Shown: positions 19,367 to 29,740, counted from the stretch's first letter. The stretch is DNA of 64,000 nt from Cenarchaeum sp. (GCA_965242695.1 CBDESU010000002.1:864001-928000); one strand, 5' to 3'. Notes: generated by a model not told the origin, from the letters alone. Translations and numbers: made by a program.

Positions 19367-20422
19367 CTAGGTTGCCGCCCTGCCGCGCCTCTTTTTGGCG
19401 GCCCCCCGCCCCCCGCCCTCCCGGCTCTCCCGCCCCCCGCCCTCCTCGGCCGCCCTCATCTCGCGCACGCTGTCTATAATCGATGCGCGCCCTCCAGGGC
19501 CCTCCTGGGTCAGGACTACGCGGATTGCATCGTACATCGAAACCCCCTCCAGCTCGCACGCCGCCTTGACCCTGGCCATCGTGAGGTCCCTCTCCCTCCC
19601 CTTCTCGCTGCGCGCCTTGCTGCGGCCCGTCGGCATCCTGACCCTGCCGAGCCCCTTTGGCGGCCGCCCGTCCCTCCAGCCCGCCCGGCTCAGCTCGGCC
19701 TGCCTGTCGGCCCTCAGGTGCCGCCGCGCATCGCCGAGCATGTAGCGCGGGTCGTGTTCGATCGCCTTTTCCCAGCTCTCGTGGGACTCGTCCTCCCTGC
19801 CCAGCCTGGAGAGCGCCACCGCCCTCTGGCAGTGCGCGAACGCGTACTCTGGGTTGAGGCGCAGCGCCGCATCAAGGCACCGCAGCGCCTCTTCCGGGCG
19901 CCCCGCATTGAGGTGGGCCGTTCCCATGTTCGCATGCCCCCTAAAGTTGGCCGGGTCGATCCTCACGGCCTCGCCGAACTCGGCGATCGCCGCCTCGTAG
20001 TCGCGCAGGCGGGCGTATATGTTGCCCATTGCGTGGTGGGGCCATCCCTCCTTGGGTCCGGACTCGATGGCCCGACCGCACCACACGCGCGCCTCTTCGA
20101 CGCGGTTTAGCGCGAGCAGCGACTCGGCCTTCTTGAGGAGCGCCGTCGTATGGTGGGGGTCAGCCTCGATGGCCCTGTCGTAGTGCGACATGGCCTCTTC
20201 CGTCCTCCCCAGCCCCAGCAGCGCATGCCCCATGGACACGTAGAGCTCGACATGGTCGCCCCCGAGCTCCATCGCCTCGCCAAGGCACTCGACCGCCTCC
20301 TCGTAGCGACCGAGCTCGTACATGTCCAGTCCGATGTCCATGGCCTCCGGCCACGTGCCGCCCCCCGCCCCTGGCGCCCGCGCCCTCTCGCGGCCTTCAG
20401 GCCGCCTGCCGCTCCGGGCCAT
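19367..20422 (-). CDS. TPR-repeat protein, tandem paralog 3
   Basis: Repeated G..EEA...Y..AI..DP units plus a conserved C-terminal module. Confidence 0.88.
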   Translation of the reverse strand: MARSGRRPEGRERARAPGAGGGTWPEAMDIGLDMYELGRYEEAVECLGEAMELGGDHVELYVSMGHALLGLGRTEEAMSHYDRAIEADPHHTTALLKKAESLLALNRVEEARVWCGRAIESGPKEGWPHHAMGNIYARLRDYEAAIAEFGEAVRIDPANFRGHANMGTAHLNAGRPEEALRCLDAALRLNPEYAFAHCQRAVALSRLGREDESHESWEKAIEHDPRYMLGDARRHLRADRQAELSRAGWRDGRPPKGLGRVRMPTGRSKARSEKGRERDLTMARVKAACELEGVSMYDAIRVVLTQEGPGGRASIIDSVREMRAAEEGGGRESREGGGRGAAKKRRGRAAT

Positions 20423-20430
20423 GCCTCCGC

Positions 20431-21483
20431 CTACCCTCCAGCCCCCGCCTGCTTGCGCCTGCGCGCAGGCTCCCGCCGCTCCCGCCGCCCCTTCCCGCCC
20501 GCCCGCCTGTCTTCCGCCTTCATCCTCCGCACCCTTTCGGCGACGGGAACCGCCCCCGCCGGATCCCCGTCTCCCGACGCGATTGCGCGGAGCGCATCGC
20601 CGAGCGAAATGCCCTCCAGCTCGCACGCCGCCCTGAGCCTGGCCAGCATGAGATCTGTCTTCCTCCCCTCCTTGCCGCGCGCCTTTGCCCGGCCCCCTGG
20701 CATCCTGACCTCGCCGAGCCCCTTTGGCGGCTGCCCGCCCCTCCACCCGGCCCGGCTAAGCTCGGCCAGCCTGTCGGGCCTCATGTGCCGCCGCGCATCG
20801 CCGAGCATGTAGCGCGGGTCGCACTCGACGGCCCTCTCCCAGCTCTTCCGGGCCTCGCCCGTCCTGCCGAGCCTGCCGAGCGTCTCGGACTTTTGGCAGT
20901 GCGCGAACGCGTACTTTGGATTTAGGCGCAGCGCCTCGTCAAGGCACAGCAGCGCCTCTTCCGGGCGCCCCGCTGCAGTCAGCGACGATGCCATGTTGGC
21001 GTGCCCCCGAAAGTTGGCCGGATCGATCCTCACCGACTCGGAGAACTCGGCAATGGACGCCTCTATGTCCATGAAGTGGGCGTGGATCATGCCCATTGTA
21101 TGGTGCGACGGGGCATCGCCCGGGTCGGACTCGATGGCCCGACCGCACCACACGCGCGCCTCTTCGACGCGGTTTAGCGCGAGCAGCGACTCGGCCTTCT
21201 TGAGGAGCGCCATCGTATGGCGCGGGTCCGCCTCGATGGCCCTGTCAAAGTGCGCCATGGCCTCTTTTATCCTGCCCGCATTCTGCAGCGACTGCCCCAT
21301 GAACGCGTGGGGGTTGGCGTGGCCCTCGCCGCCGAGCGCCAGCGCCTTTTCAAAGCACTCGGCAGCCTCCTCGCCGCGCCCCTGCTCGTTCAGGCTGTAC
21401 CCGCGCTCCATGGCCTCTTCCCACGCGCCGTCTCCCCCGCGCCCCCTCCCGCGGCCCTCTCGACGACTGCTGCTCCGGGCCAC
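20431..21483 (-). CDS. TPR-repeat protein, tandem paralog 2
   Basis: Same TPR units and C-terminal module as its neighbours. Confidence 0.88.
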   Translation of the reverse strand: MARSSSRREGRGRGRGGDGAWEEAMERGYSLNEQGRGEEAAECFEKALALGGEGHANPHAFMGQSLQNAGRIKEAMAHFDRAIEADPRHTMALLKKAESLLALNRVEEARVWCGRAIESDPGDAPSHHTMGMIHAHFMDIEASIAEFSESVRIDPANFRGHANMASSLTAAGRPEEALLCLDEALRLNPKYAFAHCQKSETLGRLGRTGEARKSWERAVECDPRYMLGDARRHMRPDRLAELSRAGWRGGQPPKGLGEVRMPGGRAKARGKEGRKTDLMLARLRAACELEGISLGDALRAIASGDGDPAGAVPVAERVRRMKAEDRRAGGKGRRERREPARRRKQAGAGG

Positions 21484-21501
21484 GCCTTGTCCCTCCGCCC
21501 C

Positions 21502-22629
21502 TCACGCGGGCGCCCTGCCCCGCCCGCGGCCGGCGCCCTTTCGCCGCCCCGTGCCGCCCCGAAGCAGCTGATCGAGGCGCCCTGCGAGGTCTTCCCCGCG
21601 GCCGGCGCCCTTTCGCCGCCCCGTGTCGCCCCCGCCCTTCCCCGCCGCCCTCCCGGCCCCCGCCTTCCGCGCCCTTTTGGCTGTGGTGGTGGTGGTGACC
21701 CGCCTTGCCTCCACCGTCCTCTCCGACATGATCGCGTCGAATGCATCGGCCGGCGAAATCCCCTCCATCTCGCACGCCGCCATGAACCTGGCCAGCGCAA
21801 GGTCGCTCTCCCTGCCCTTTTCGCTGCGCGCCTTCATCCGCCCGCTCGGCATCCTGATCCTGCCGATCCCCCTTGGCGGCCGCCCGTCCCTCCAGCCCGC
21901 CCGGTTCAGTTCGGCCTGCCTGTCCGCCCTCAAGTGCCTCCCCGCATCGCCGAGCATGTAGCGAGGGTCGTGCTCGACCGCCTTTTCCAGGCTCTTCTGG
22001 GCCTCGCTCTCCCTGCCCAGCATGCCGAGCGCCATGGCCCTCTGGTAGTGCGCGAACGCGTACTCGGGATTGACGCGCAGCGCGGCGTCGAGGCACTCGA
22101 GCGCCTCTTCCGGGCGCCTCGCATTGAGGTGGGACGCTCCAATGTTCGCGCACCCCCTAAAGTTGGTCGGGTCGATCCTCACGGACTCGCCAAACTCTGC
22201 AATCGCCGCCTCAAAGTCGAGCAGGCGGGAGTATATGTTGCCCATTACGTGGTGGGGCGCGGCATCGTCGGGGTCGGACTCGACGGCCCGCCCGCACCAT
22301 ACGCGCGCCTCCTCGACGCGGTTTAGCGCTAGCAGCGCCTCGGCCTTCTTGAAGAGCGCCATCGTATGGCGGGGATCCGCCTCGATGGCCCTGCCAAAGT
22401 GCGCCATGGCCTCTTTCACCCTGCCCATGTCCTGCAGCACGTGCCCCATGAACGCGTGGGGGTCGGCGTGGCCCTCGCCCCCGAGCGCTATCGCCTCGCC
22501 AAAGCACTCGGCCGCCTTCTCGTAGCGCCCGCGCCTCTTCAGGCTGTACCCGCGCTCCATGGCCTCTTCCCACGCGCCGCCGCGCGCCCCGCCGGCCTTT
22601 TCCCGCCGCCGCCTGCTCTTCTCGCCCAT
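21502..22629 (-). CDS. TPR-repeat protein, tandem paralog 1
   Basis: Same TPR units and C-terminal module as its neighbours. Confidence 0.88.
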   Translation of the reverse strand: MGEKSRRRREKAGGARGGAWEEAMERGYSLKRRGRYEKAAECFGEAIALGGEGHADPHAFMGHVLQDMGRVKEAMAHFGRAIEADPRHTMALFKKAEALLALNRVEEARVWCGRAVESDPDDAAPHHVMGNIYSRLLDFEAAIAEFGESVRIDPTNFRGCANIGASHLNARRPEEALECLDAALRVNPEYAFAHYQRAMALGMLGRESEAQKSLEKAVEHDPRYMLGDAGRHLRADRQAELNRAGWRDGRPPRGIGRIRMPSGRMKARSEKGRESDLALARFMAACEMEGISPADAFDAIMSERTVEARRVTTTTTAKRARKAGAGRAAGKGGGDTGRRKGAGRGEDLAGRLDQLLRGGTGRRKGAGRGRGRAPA

Positions 22630-22659
22630 GCCGCCGCCGCCGCCCACCGCCAGCGCGGC

Positions 22660-23583
22660 CTATTTGTGTCTGCGGGCTGTTCGCCGCCCCACTCCCGCCG
22701 CAGTACCGCCCCGGCCGCCCCCTCCGACTATCCTGCGTATCCACTCGTCGGGGAACGTGATCCGCTTGGGTATGAACAGGTCGGTCGACCCGACTCCCCG
22801 GGTCTCCCTCACGGCAGCGGTCAGGTTGTCGAGCTCGAATATGTCCCTGCTGTACATGAACAGGACGATGTGGTTCCTTGCAACGAACGGCGTCTGCAGG
22901 TAGCTCTTGCCGAACCGCCTGTTGAGCCTGCCTAGCATCCGCCCGGCCTCCCCGTCGGTCCACGCGAGGACCACGTGCGGTATGTATCCGTCGATCCTCG
23001 TCGGGTCGTACACGGCAGAGAACCGCACGGCGCCGTTCCCCTGCAGCTTCTTGATCGACCTTGCGACCGTCCTCGTCGACAGGCCGAGGTCGCCGGCTAT
23101 CTCGGCCGCGCCCCTCCTCGGATCCTCGACGAGCCGGCCCACGACGGCCAGGTCGGTGCCGGCCACGCCTCCTCCCTCCCCGCCCCCTGCCCCGCCTGCC
23201 TCGAACATGCTCAGCACCCTCACGTCGCGCATCAGGCCGCGCGCCAGCTCGATCCCCCGCTCCACCTCGTCCCTGGCCACTATCCCGCATACGGTGACGC
23301 CGCCGACGCACGGCACGATCAAGAACGGCTCGCCGACGAGCCGCACCTGCCCGGCTATCTCGTCGTAGTCCCTGCCCGTCACTACGACGTAGAACACGCC
23401 GCGGCCGAGCACGGGCGGCTCGACCTGCAGCGAGAACCGCTCAATGGCGCCGGACGCGATCATCTTTGCGACGCGGGCCCCGACGGCCCCGCCGGACACG
23501 CCGAGGGCCCTGCCCGTCTGGCGGTTCGACTCGCGGCAGTTGTTGAGGAGGCGCCCGAGAATGCGCATGTCTAGGCTGTCCAA
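22660..23583 (-). CDS. AsnC/Lrp-type transcriptional regulator with two HTH domains
   Basis: MDSLDMRILGRLLNNCRES...; second HTH DPRRGAAEIAGDLGLSTRTV. Confidence 0.85.
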   Translation of the reverse strand: MDSLDMRILGRLLNNCRESNRQTGRALGVSGGAVGARVAKMIASGAIERFSLQVEPPVLGRGVFYVVVTGRDYDEIAGQVRLVGEPFLIVPCVGGVTVCGIVARDEVERGIELARGLMRDVRVLSMFEAGGAGGGEGGGVAGTDLAVVGRLVEDPRRGAAEIAGDLGLSTRTVARSIKKLQGNGAVRFSAVYDPTRIDGYIPHVVLAWTDGEAGRMLGRLNRRFGKSYLQTPFVARNHIVLFMYSRDIFELDNLTAAVRETRGVGSTDLFIPKRITFPDEWIRRIVGGGGRGGTAAGVGRRTARRHK

Positions 23584-23761
23584 TGTGCCGTCCTTTGCCC
23601 CCCGTCAGGCCCCGCCCCGTACTCCCTGCTTATAAGAATGACCTGTATGCGGCCTGGCAGGCCGTCCTGCGTCCTGTACGCGCCCCCGCCAGGCGCCAAA
23701 TGTCCATTCTGGCCAGTATACTTGGGCAATCCCTTATATATCGGACGCGCCGCGCGCCCGC

Positions 23762-24949
23762 GTGGACTACCGGCTCAACCTCGCCAAGAGGATGCTCTTC
23801 AACAAGAGGGGCAGCCTGACGGCGGCCGTCCTGGCCGTGACTGTCGGCATACTCGTCATACACGTAAACTTTGTCATATTCCAGGGGCTGTTCGACGCAA
23901 TCGTGCGCGACCTGACCGACTACCAGTTCGGCGACATACAGATTACAGACGAGAACGACTACATCGACAGGTCCGACACGGCCCTGATCAGCTGGCTCGA
24001 GCGCATCCCGTATGTCGAGGCGGCCGCGCCGCGACTGACGTCGTCGGCCGAGATCAACGCGACCCGGTTCGGGCAGCGCCACGAGGAGTCGCGCGTGCCG
24101 GTCGTCGGCGTGGACCCGTTCCGCGACGTGCGCGCCTCGACCATACACGAGACCGTCTCGGACGGGCAGTACGTGTTCTCGCGAAACTCGCTCGTCGTCG
24201 GCAGCAGCATCGCGCGCGACCTCGGAGGGGTGGAGGTCGGTGACAACCTCCGCCTGATGATCGTCGACAGGTGGGGGCAGGAGCAGCTCCGGCGGTTCGC
24301 CGTGACCGGGATAGTCTCGTCGCCGGGCGGGCAGGGGTTCGACTACAGCGTCGTCATGCACATAGAGACGCTGCGCGACATGATGAGCAGGCCCGGCGAC
24401 ACGGGCAGCATAATGGTAAAGATGCGCGACCCGGACAGGTCGGCCGAGGTGCGCGACTACTTTGTCTCGGCGTTCCCCAACGACGACTTTGAGGCGCAGA
24501 CTATAGAGGAGGCGGCCGAGCAGCAGCTCGCCGGGTTCCGCTCTGGCATTGCGATGATCAACATGATCGGCTACTTTGGGATGATGTCGTCGGCGTTTGC
24601 GATCGTCACGATCCAGATGATGCTAGTCAACGGCAAGACGCGCGAGATCGGCATAATGAGGGCGATAGGCGCGCGGCGCCGCGACATACTCGTCATATTC
24701 GTCATGCAGGGGATGATAATCGGGGCGGTCGGGGCCGGGACGGGCACCGCCGTCGGGCTCGCCTACACCTTCTACGCCAAGGAGACGAAGATGTCGTTCT
24801 CGGGCAGCATACCGCTCGAGGTGTCGTACGACTGGGGCAAGATATCGCAGACGGCGCTCATGTCGTTCGGGCTCGCCGTCGCCGCCTCGCTGTACCCGTC
24901 GTACAAGGCGACGCGGATGATGCCCGTGGAGGCGATGCGCAATGCCTAG
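23762..24949 (+). CDS. ABC transporter permease (MacB/FtsX/LolE-like)
   Basis: KTREIGIMRAIGARRRDI; YPSYKATRMMPVEAMR; TATA at ~23734. Confidence 0.92.
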   Translation: MDYRLNLAKRMLFNKRGSLTAAVLAVTVGILVIHVNFVIFQGLFDAIVRDLTDYQFGDIQITDENDYIDRSDTALISWLERIPYVEAAAPRLTSSAEINATRFGQRHEESRVPVVGVDPFRDVRASTIHETVSDGQYVFSRNSLVVGSSIARDLGGVEVGDNLRLMIVDRWGQEQLRRFAVTGIVSSPGGQGFDYSVVMHIETLRDMMSRPGDTGSIMVKMRDPDRSAEVRDYFVSAFPNDDFEAQTIEEAAEQQLAGFRSGIAMINMIGYFGMMSSAFAIVTIQMMLVNGKTREIGIMRAIGARRRDILVIFVMQGMIIGAVGAGTGTAVGLAYTFYAKETKMSFSGSIPLEVSYDWGKISQTALMSFGLAVAASLYPSYKATRMMPVEAMRNA

Positions 24950-25748
24950 ATCAAGCGGGAGCCCCGCCCTGAGCATACGGGGGCTCGGCAAGGTGTACGG
25001 GGAGGGGGCGGCCCGCACGCGCGCCCTGCGCGACGTCTCGCTAGAGGTGGCGAGGGGCGAGTTCGTACTGATCGTGGGCAGCTCGGGGTCGGGCAAGTCG
25101 ACGCTGCTCAACATGATAGGCCTGCTCGACAGGCCGACGACGGGCACGATACTGCTAGACGGGACGGACGCGACGGGCCTGCCCGACGGCGACGTCTCGT
25201 CGCTGCGCAACCGCAAGCTCGGGTTCATATTCCAGTTCTCAAACCTGCTCGCAGACCTGACCGTGCTAGAGAACGTGATGCTCCCCGGCCAGATCGCCGG
25301 CGCCGAGCGCGCCGACAAAGAGTACGCCGAGAGGCTGCTGCGCGCCGTCGGGCTGTCCGGGCAGATGCACAAGCGGGCCAACAAGATATCCGGCGGGCAG
25401 GCGCAGCGGGCGGCCATTGCGCGCGGGCTCGTCAACAGGCCGGCCGTCGTGCTCGCCGACGAGCCGACCGGAAACCTCGACTCGGTGACGGCGGCGACGA
25501 TCGTGCAGCTTATGAAGTCGCTTGCGGCAAATCTCGGGCTTACGTTCATCATCGTAACGCACGACCGGCACCAGTTCGGCGACGTCGACCGCGTCGTCAC
25601 GATAAAGGACGGCCGGGCGTTCGAGGGCGAGCAGGACGGGCACGGCGAGCACGGCGAGCACGGCGAGCAGGATGCCGCGGCCGCGGCGCCGCCCGAGCCT
25701 GTTGCGGCAGCCGACGCGGGCGAAAGAGGGGAGGCGGTGCAGGCTTGA
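24942..25748 (+). CDS. ABC transporter ATP-binding protein (LolD-like)
   Basis: GSSGSGKS, ISGGQAQR, LADEPTGNLD, VTHD. Confidence 0.95.
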   Translation: MPRSSGSPALSIRGLGKVYGEGAARTRALRDVSLEVARGEFVLIVGSSGSGKSTLLNMIGLLDRPTTGTILLDGTDATGLPDGDVSSLRNRKLGFIFQFSNLLADLTVLENVMLPGQIAGAERADKEYAERLLRAVGLSGQMHKRANKISGGQAQRAAIARGLVNRPAVVLADEPTGNLDSVTAATIVQLMKSLAANLGLTFIIVTHDRHQFGDVDRVVTIKDGRAFEGEQDGHGEHGEHGEQDAAAAAPPEPVAAADAGERGEAVQA

Positions 25749-27535
25749 CCGCCCCGTCCCGCAGTTCTGCCCCCGCACTGCTTGCCGTTGCCGCCGCCGC
25801 GGCTGCAGTGGCAGTGGCAGCCGCATCCGCCGCCCCCGCGGCGCACGCGCAGGTCGGCACCGCCGACTCGCCGTTCGAGCGCGAGTACGGCGACGTAAAG
25901 TTCCTCGACGCCTACTTTGGGACCGTCGACGAAAAGCTAGAGGTCTCGGCCGGCGACCTCAACGTGCCGCTCACGGTCGTCTTTGCAAACGTCGGCACGC
26001 AGGACATTACGGGGATACGCGGGCAGCTGTCCGTCCCGCTAGACTTTTCGTCGGCGGCGGGGTCGGGCACGCTCGTCGTGGCCGACAGCGACGCAAACTC
26101 GCTCGCGGGCAGCAACTTTGCACTGACGTTCTTTGTCGACGTGGGGCCCGCCGCCGGCGCCGGCACGTACCCCGCGTCGGCCCGCGTCGACTATTCCCGG
26201 GTGCGCGAGTCGGGCGAGCGCTCGGTCGCGTTCGAGTTTACGTTCCGCGTCACGGGCGACAGCGTAATCAACATGAGGGCGCCGGACCCGTTCGTCGACT
26301 CGCTCCGGACGGACCGCGTCACGGTCGAGATCACCAACGACGGGACGGCGCCGGCGTCCGGCGTCGAGATCGAGCTGCTCAACGACGGCGCGGCCGGATC
26401 AGGCGCGGCCGGAATGGCGGCGCAGGCGGCCCCCGACGACGTCCTCTTCCAGGGCAGCTACTGGGACATCGGCAACCTGGGGCCGGGCGAGTCCAAGCAC
26501 ATCGAGTTCGGCGTGTACGCGCCGGCCTCGCTGCGCGGCGAGACGTTCAGCGCGCCGATGCGCGTGACGTACCTCAACTCGCACGGCGATGCGGCGGCGA
26601 TCTCGCGCGACGTCGACTTTTACGTGCGCGAGGTCATCGACGCGACCGGCGACAGCGTAATCAACGTGAAGGCGCCGGATCCGTTCGTCGACTCGCTGCG
26701 CACAAACTCGGTGGTCGTCGAGATCGCCAACGACGGGACCGAACCCGCATCGGCCGTCGATATCGAGCTGCTCAACGCGCCGGGCGCGGCGGCCGCGTCC
26801 GGCCCGGGGTCGGCGACGAACGTAGAGAATGTCGTCATACAGCGGACGAACTGGGACATTGGTGACCTGGGGCCGGGCGAGACGAGCACGATTGGCTTTG
26901 ACGTGTACGTGCCGGCCTCGCTGCGCGGCGAGACGTTCCGCGCCCCCCTGCAGCTTACCTACATGAACTCGCACGGCGACAGGGCCGAGGTCGTGAGGGT
27001 CGTCGACTTCTTCGTGAAGGGGCTCATCGACGCGTCCGTGTACAACGTCGGGACGATCGAGCTGTCCGGCCGGCAGACCGTAATAGGCGAGATCATCAAC
27101 GAGGGCAACGAGGACGCCCTGTTCGGGTTCGTCACGGTCTCGCCGCGCGCCGGCTCGAACATCGCGGAGACGACGCAGTTCATCGACGAGATCGAGACCG
27201 ACTCGCCGGTGCCGTTCAACGTGCCGGTCGAGTTCGACGGCGAGCCGCGGTACGGCGAGCACGACATTACGGTGACGGTCCGCTACAAGGACTCGCTGAG
27301 GGAAGAGCACTTTGTCGTGCACGACGCGACCGTGACGATAGAGGCGCCCGAGCCCGAGCCCGGGGGGCCCCTCGACTCGGAGGGCGGCCCGCCGACCGAG
27401 GCGATTCTGATCTCCGTTGTGGCGGCCGCGGCCGTTGCCGCGGCCCTGCTGGTTAGGAGGCGGCGCAGGCGCCGGCTGGAGAAGAGGCGCGCGGCCGAGG
27501 CAGAGGCCGACGCCGGCGACATCGGCGGGCTTTGA
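25745..27535 (+). CDS. COG1361-like S-layer domain protein with internal duplication
   Basis: Signal peptide, Ig-like NxG..A / IGDLGPGE repeats, C-terminal TM plus basic tail. Confidence 0.82.
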   Translation: MTAPSRSSAPALLAVAAAAAAVAVAAASAAPAAHAQVGTADSPFEREYGDVKFLDAYFGTVDEKLEVSAGDLNVPLTVVFANVGTQDITGIRGQLSVPLDFSSAAGSGTLVVADSDANSLAGSNFALTFFVDVGPAAGAGTYPASARVDYSRVRESGERSVAFEFTFRVTGDSVINMRAPDPFVDSLRTDRVTVEITNDGTAPASGVEIELLNDGAAGSGAAGMAAQAAPDDVLFQGSYWDIGNLGPGESKHIEFGVYAPASLRGETFSAPMRVTYLNSHGDAAAISRDVDFYVREVIDATGDSVINVKAPDPFVDSLRTNSVVVEIANDGTEPASAVDIELLNAPGAAAASGPGSATNVENVVIQRTNWDIGDLGPGETSTIGFDVYVPASLRGETFRAPLQLTYMNSHGDRAEVVRVVDFFVKGLIDASVYNVGTIELSGRQTVIGEIINEGNEDALFGFVTVSPRAGSNIAETTQFIDEIETDSPVPFNVPVEFDGEPRYGEHDITVTVRYKDSLREEHFVVHDATVTIEAPEPEPGGPLDSEGGPPTEAILISVVAAAAVAAALLVRRRRRRRLEKRRAAEAEADAGDIGGL

Positions 27536-27556
27536 TCTGGCGCGCCGGCGGCCGCC

Positions 27557-28057
27557 TCACGCCATCATCTCTCCGAGCCGCGCGCGTATCTCGCCGATCG
27601 TCCGGTCGTCTAGCCCGTCGCCAAAGGCGTCGACCGCCGCGACGAACCCGCACGTCTGATCGACTAGCCGTTCGCCGGCCCCCTCTCCCAGGTCGTACTC
27701 TCCCCCGCAGTTCTGCGCAGACATCCCGATCTCCTTGGATGCCGCGAGGTCGTCGGCCAGGGCCCCTAGGGAGGCATCGCCAAAGGCCTTTCTGAATGCG
27801 GCTACCGTGCAGTCGTGAATCTCGCACCTTACGCCGACCTGCATGAACAGCGCGTACACGGCGTGGTACTTTGCATAGTAGCTGGCCGAGGCGGCCCATG
27901 TTCCTACGCCGGACCCGGCAAGCGCCTGCAAGGCGGCGATCGACTCGCGAGACTTTTTCCTGTGAGCCTGCCTGAGGCGCTCCGACGCATCGACAAGGCG
28001 GATCCCCCTGCGCTGCCTGGCGCACCACTCTATGTACGATTGATCACCCTTCAGCAT
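27557..28057 (-). CDS. HEPN-domain protein (UPF0332-like), catalytic motif apparently degenerate
   Basis: WAASASYYAKYHAVYALF...EIHDC; downstream of and overlapping the MNT gene. Confidence 0.8.
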   Translation of the reverse strand: MLKGDQSYIEWCARQRRGIRLVDASERLRQAHRKKSRESIAALQALAGSGVGTWAASASYYAKYHAVYALFMQVGVRCEIHDCTVAAFRKAFGDASLGALADDLAASKEIGMSAQNCGGEYDLGEGAGERLVDQTCGFVAAVDAFGDGLDDRTIGEIRARLGEMMA

Positions 28058-28655
28058 ACTTTTTCCACGCTGCCCGGCACAGCCCGTCGGCCCCCTTTAG
28101 CGTTATGTGGTTTGCCAGTATCTCGCCGGCCAGCGGGCTGTCGCGGCGCAGCATCTCGGCAAAGCGCGCCTCGGTCTCGTGCTTTACGTCGAACCTTACG
28201 CCCGTTGTCAGCGAGAGGCGCCGCACGACGCCGGCGTCGGGCCTCTTTCGCCCCAGTACGAGCAGGTCCATGTCGCTCTGCTCGTCGTGCTCTTCCCTCG
28301 CATAGCTGCCGAACAGGACGATGGCCCCGTCCGCGTGCGCATCGAGGTCCTCGAGGGCCCTCTTTGCAAGGTAGTTGCGGCCCATGTACGCGGCGGCCGC
28401 GTGGTACTCGGCCATGGCCAGGTAGTTTCGGGCCACCGGGTTGCGCAGGTTCAGCGAGTACACGAGGTTGCGGCCTGCCCTGGCCACCCTGAGGATGCCG
28501 ATCCCCTCGAGCCGTCCCAGCTGGAGGCGGGCGGCCGTCATGTCGGCTCCGATCCTCCTGCCGGCCTCCCTTACGTGGAGCTGCAGGCGGTAGTCGAGGG
28601 CGTACAGGCGCAGCAGGCGCAGGGTGGTGTGCGTCAGGCGGTATTTGTCCATCAT
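28044..28655 (-). CDS. wHTH-minimal nucleotidyltransferase (MNT antitoxin)
   Basis: LHVREAGRRIG wHTH; IVLFGSYAR...SDMDLLV. Confidence 0.88.
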   Translation of the reverse strand: MMDKYRLTHTTLRLLRLYALDYRLQLHVREAGRRIGADMTAARLQLGRLEGIGILRVARAGRNLVYSLNLRNPVARNYLAMAEYHAAAAYMGRNYLAKRALEDLDAHADGAIVLFGSYAREEHDEQSDMDLLVLGRKRPDAGVVRRLSLTTGVRFDVKHETEARFAEMLRRDSPLAGEILANHITLKGADGLCRAAWKKYAEG

Positions 28656-28813
28656 ATGATGGCCAAATCCGTCAGTAATATAGGTATGGGCGCCCGCCTG
28701 CGGCCTGCTGCGGCAGCTGGCGGCGCCCCTTGCCGAGTCCCGGCCGGGGCGCGGGGCAGGTTCGCCTCCGCACCGGCGGATTGCATATAGGGGGCGCGTT
28801 CCTTTCCGCCCTT

Positions 28814-29560
28814 GTGCAGGCGGCGCAGGGGCAGGGGGAGGCGGGACGGGCCGCGTGGCGGAGCGGCGAAGGCGCCGGCGCTGCCGGGGACGGCAGGGCC
28901 GAGTTCAGGGAGATGTTTATCTCGCTCGTCGATCCGGCCGGCCTGCTCGACATGGAGAAGTGTAGCAGGACGGCCGGCCTCATGGCGGATTCGGCGTCCC
29001 GGTCCGGCTACCGCGCCGGCGCCAGGATGGCGTCCCTCTTAATCGACATCTTTGCGGACATGGCCGATATAGTCAACAGGCCCGTCGAAGACGGCGCACT
29101 GGGTTGCACCCAGAACGGGTTTCGCCACATGATCGGCGTGCTGTACGACACGGCTAGGGCGTACAGGGCAGGCGGGGATGCCGAGCCGGTGGGCGAGCTG
29201 AAGGAGGCAAGGGCGGCCATCGCAAAGCTCAGGATCAAGGCCGACGCGCGCCGCGAGTACGTGAGGGCCGCCGGCCCGCCCGGCGCCGGCCTCTCGGGGC
29301 TCGACAGGTGCTACATGGGCAGGCTCTGCCGGGACGTCGTAAGAAAGGCCCAGGAGGAGGTGCGCGAGCAGGAAAAGGCATGGGGACACGATCCCATATT
29401 CCCACCAGAGCCAAAGCCGATCGAGTCTCCGGACGACGGCCTCAACCTGTCGGGGCTCCAAACGATGCAGCTGATGGAAGGCAACATCCCGGACGGGTAC
29501 GAGCTGGTCAAGGTCGAAGAGCTAGACGAACTGCGGAGGCGCGCCGGCTGTGCATCCTGA
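28814..29560 (+). CDS. Hypothetical protein, paralog A with conserved C-terminal module
   Basis: GTG about 30 nt after a TATA-like CATATA; near-identical to 29741..30496. Confidence 0.75.
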   Translation: MQAAQGQGEAGRAAWRSGEGAGAAGDGRAEFREMFISLVDPAGLLDMEKCSRTAGLMADSASRSGYRAGARMASLLIDIFADMADIVNRPVEDGALGCTQNGFRHMIGVLYDTARAYRAGGDAEPVGELKEARAAIAKLRIKADARREYVRAAGPPGAGLSGLDRCYMGRLCRDVVRKAQEEVREQEKAWGHDPIFPPEPKPIESPDDGLNLSGLQTMQLMEGNIPDGYELVKVEELDELRRRAGCAS

Positions 29561-29740
29561 CGGTGGCGCGGCCGCGGGGCTGCCTGCGCATGGCGACATG
29601 CACCGCAGGGGCAAGGCTCGTGCACGCGATGCGGCATGGGGGGCGAAGGCGCGCGCGGGCGCGCTATGGCGCACGCAAGCCGCAAGCCGCCCGTGAGCGC
29701 AAGCCGGATTGTTTATAGGGTGCGATTTTCCCTCCTTGCT

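Noticed and set aside
25641-25667. CACGGCGAG x3 (HGE repeat) as a metal-binding site
   Set aside because: A short microsatellite in a low-complexity tail; function cannot be supported.
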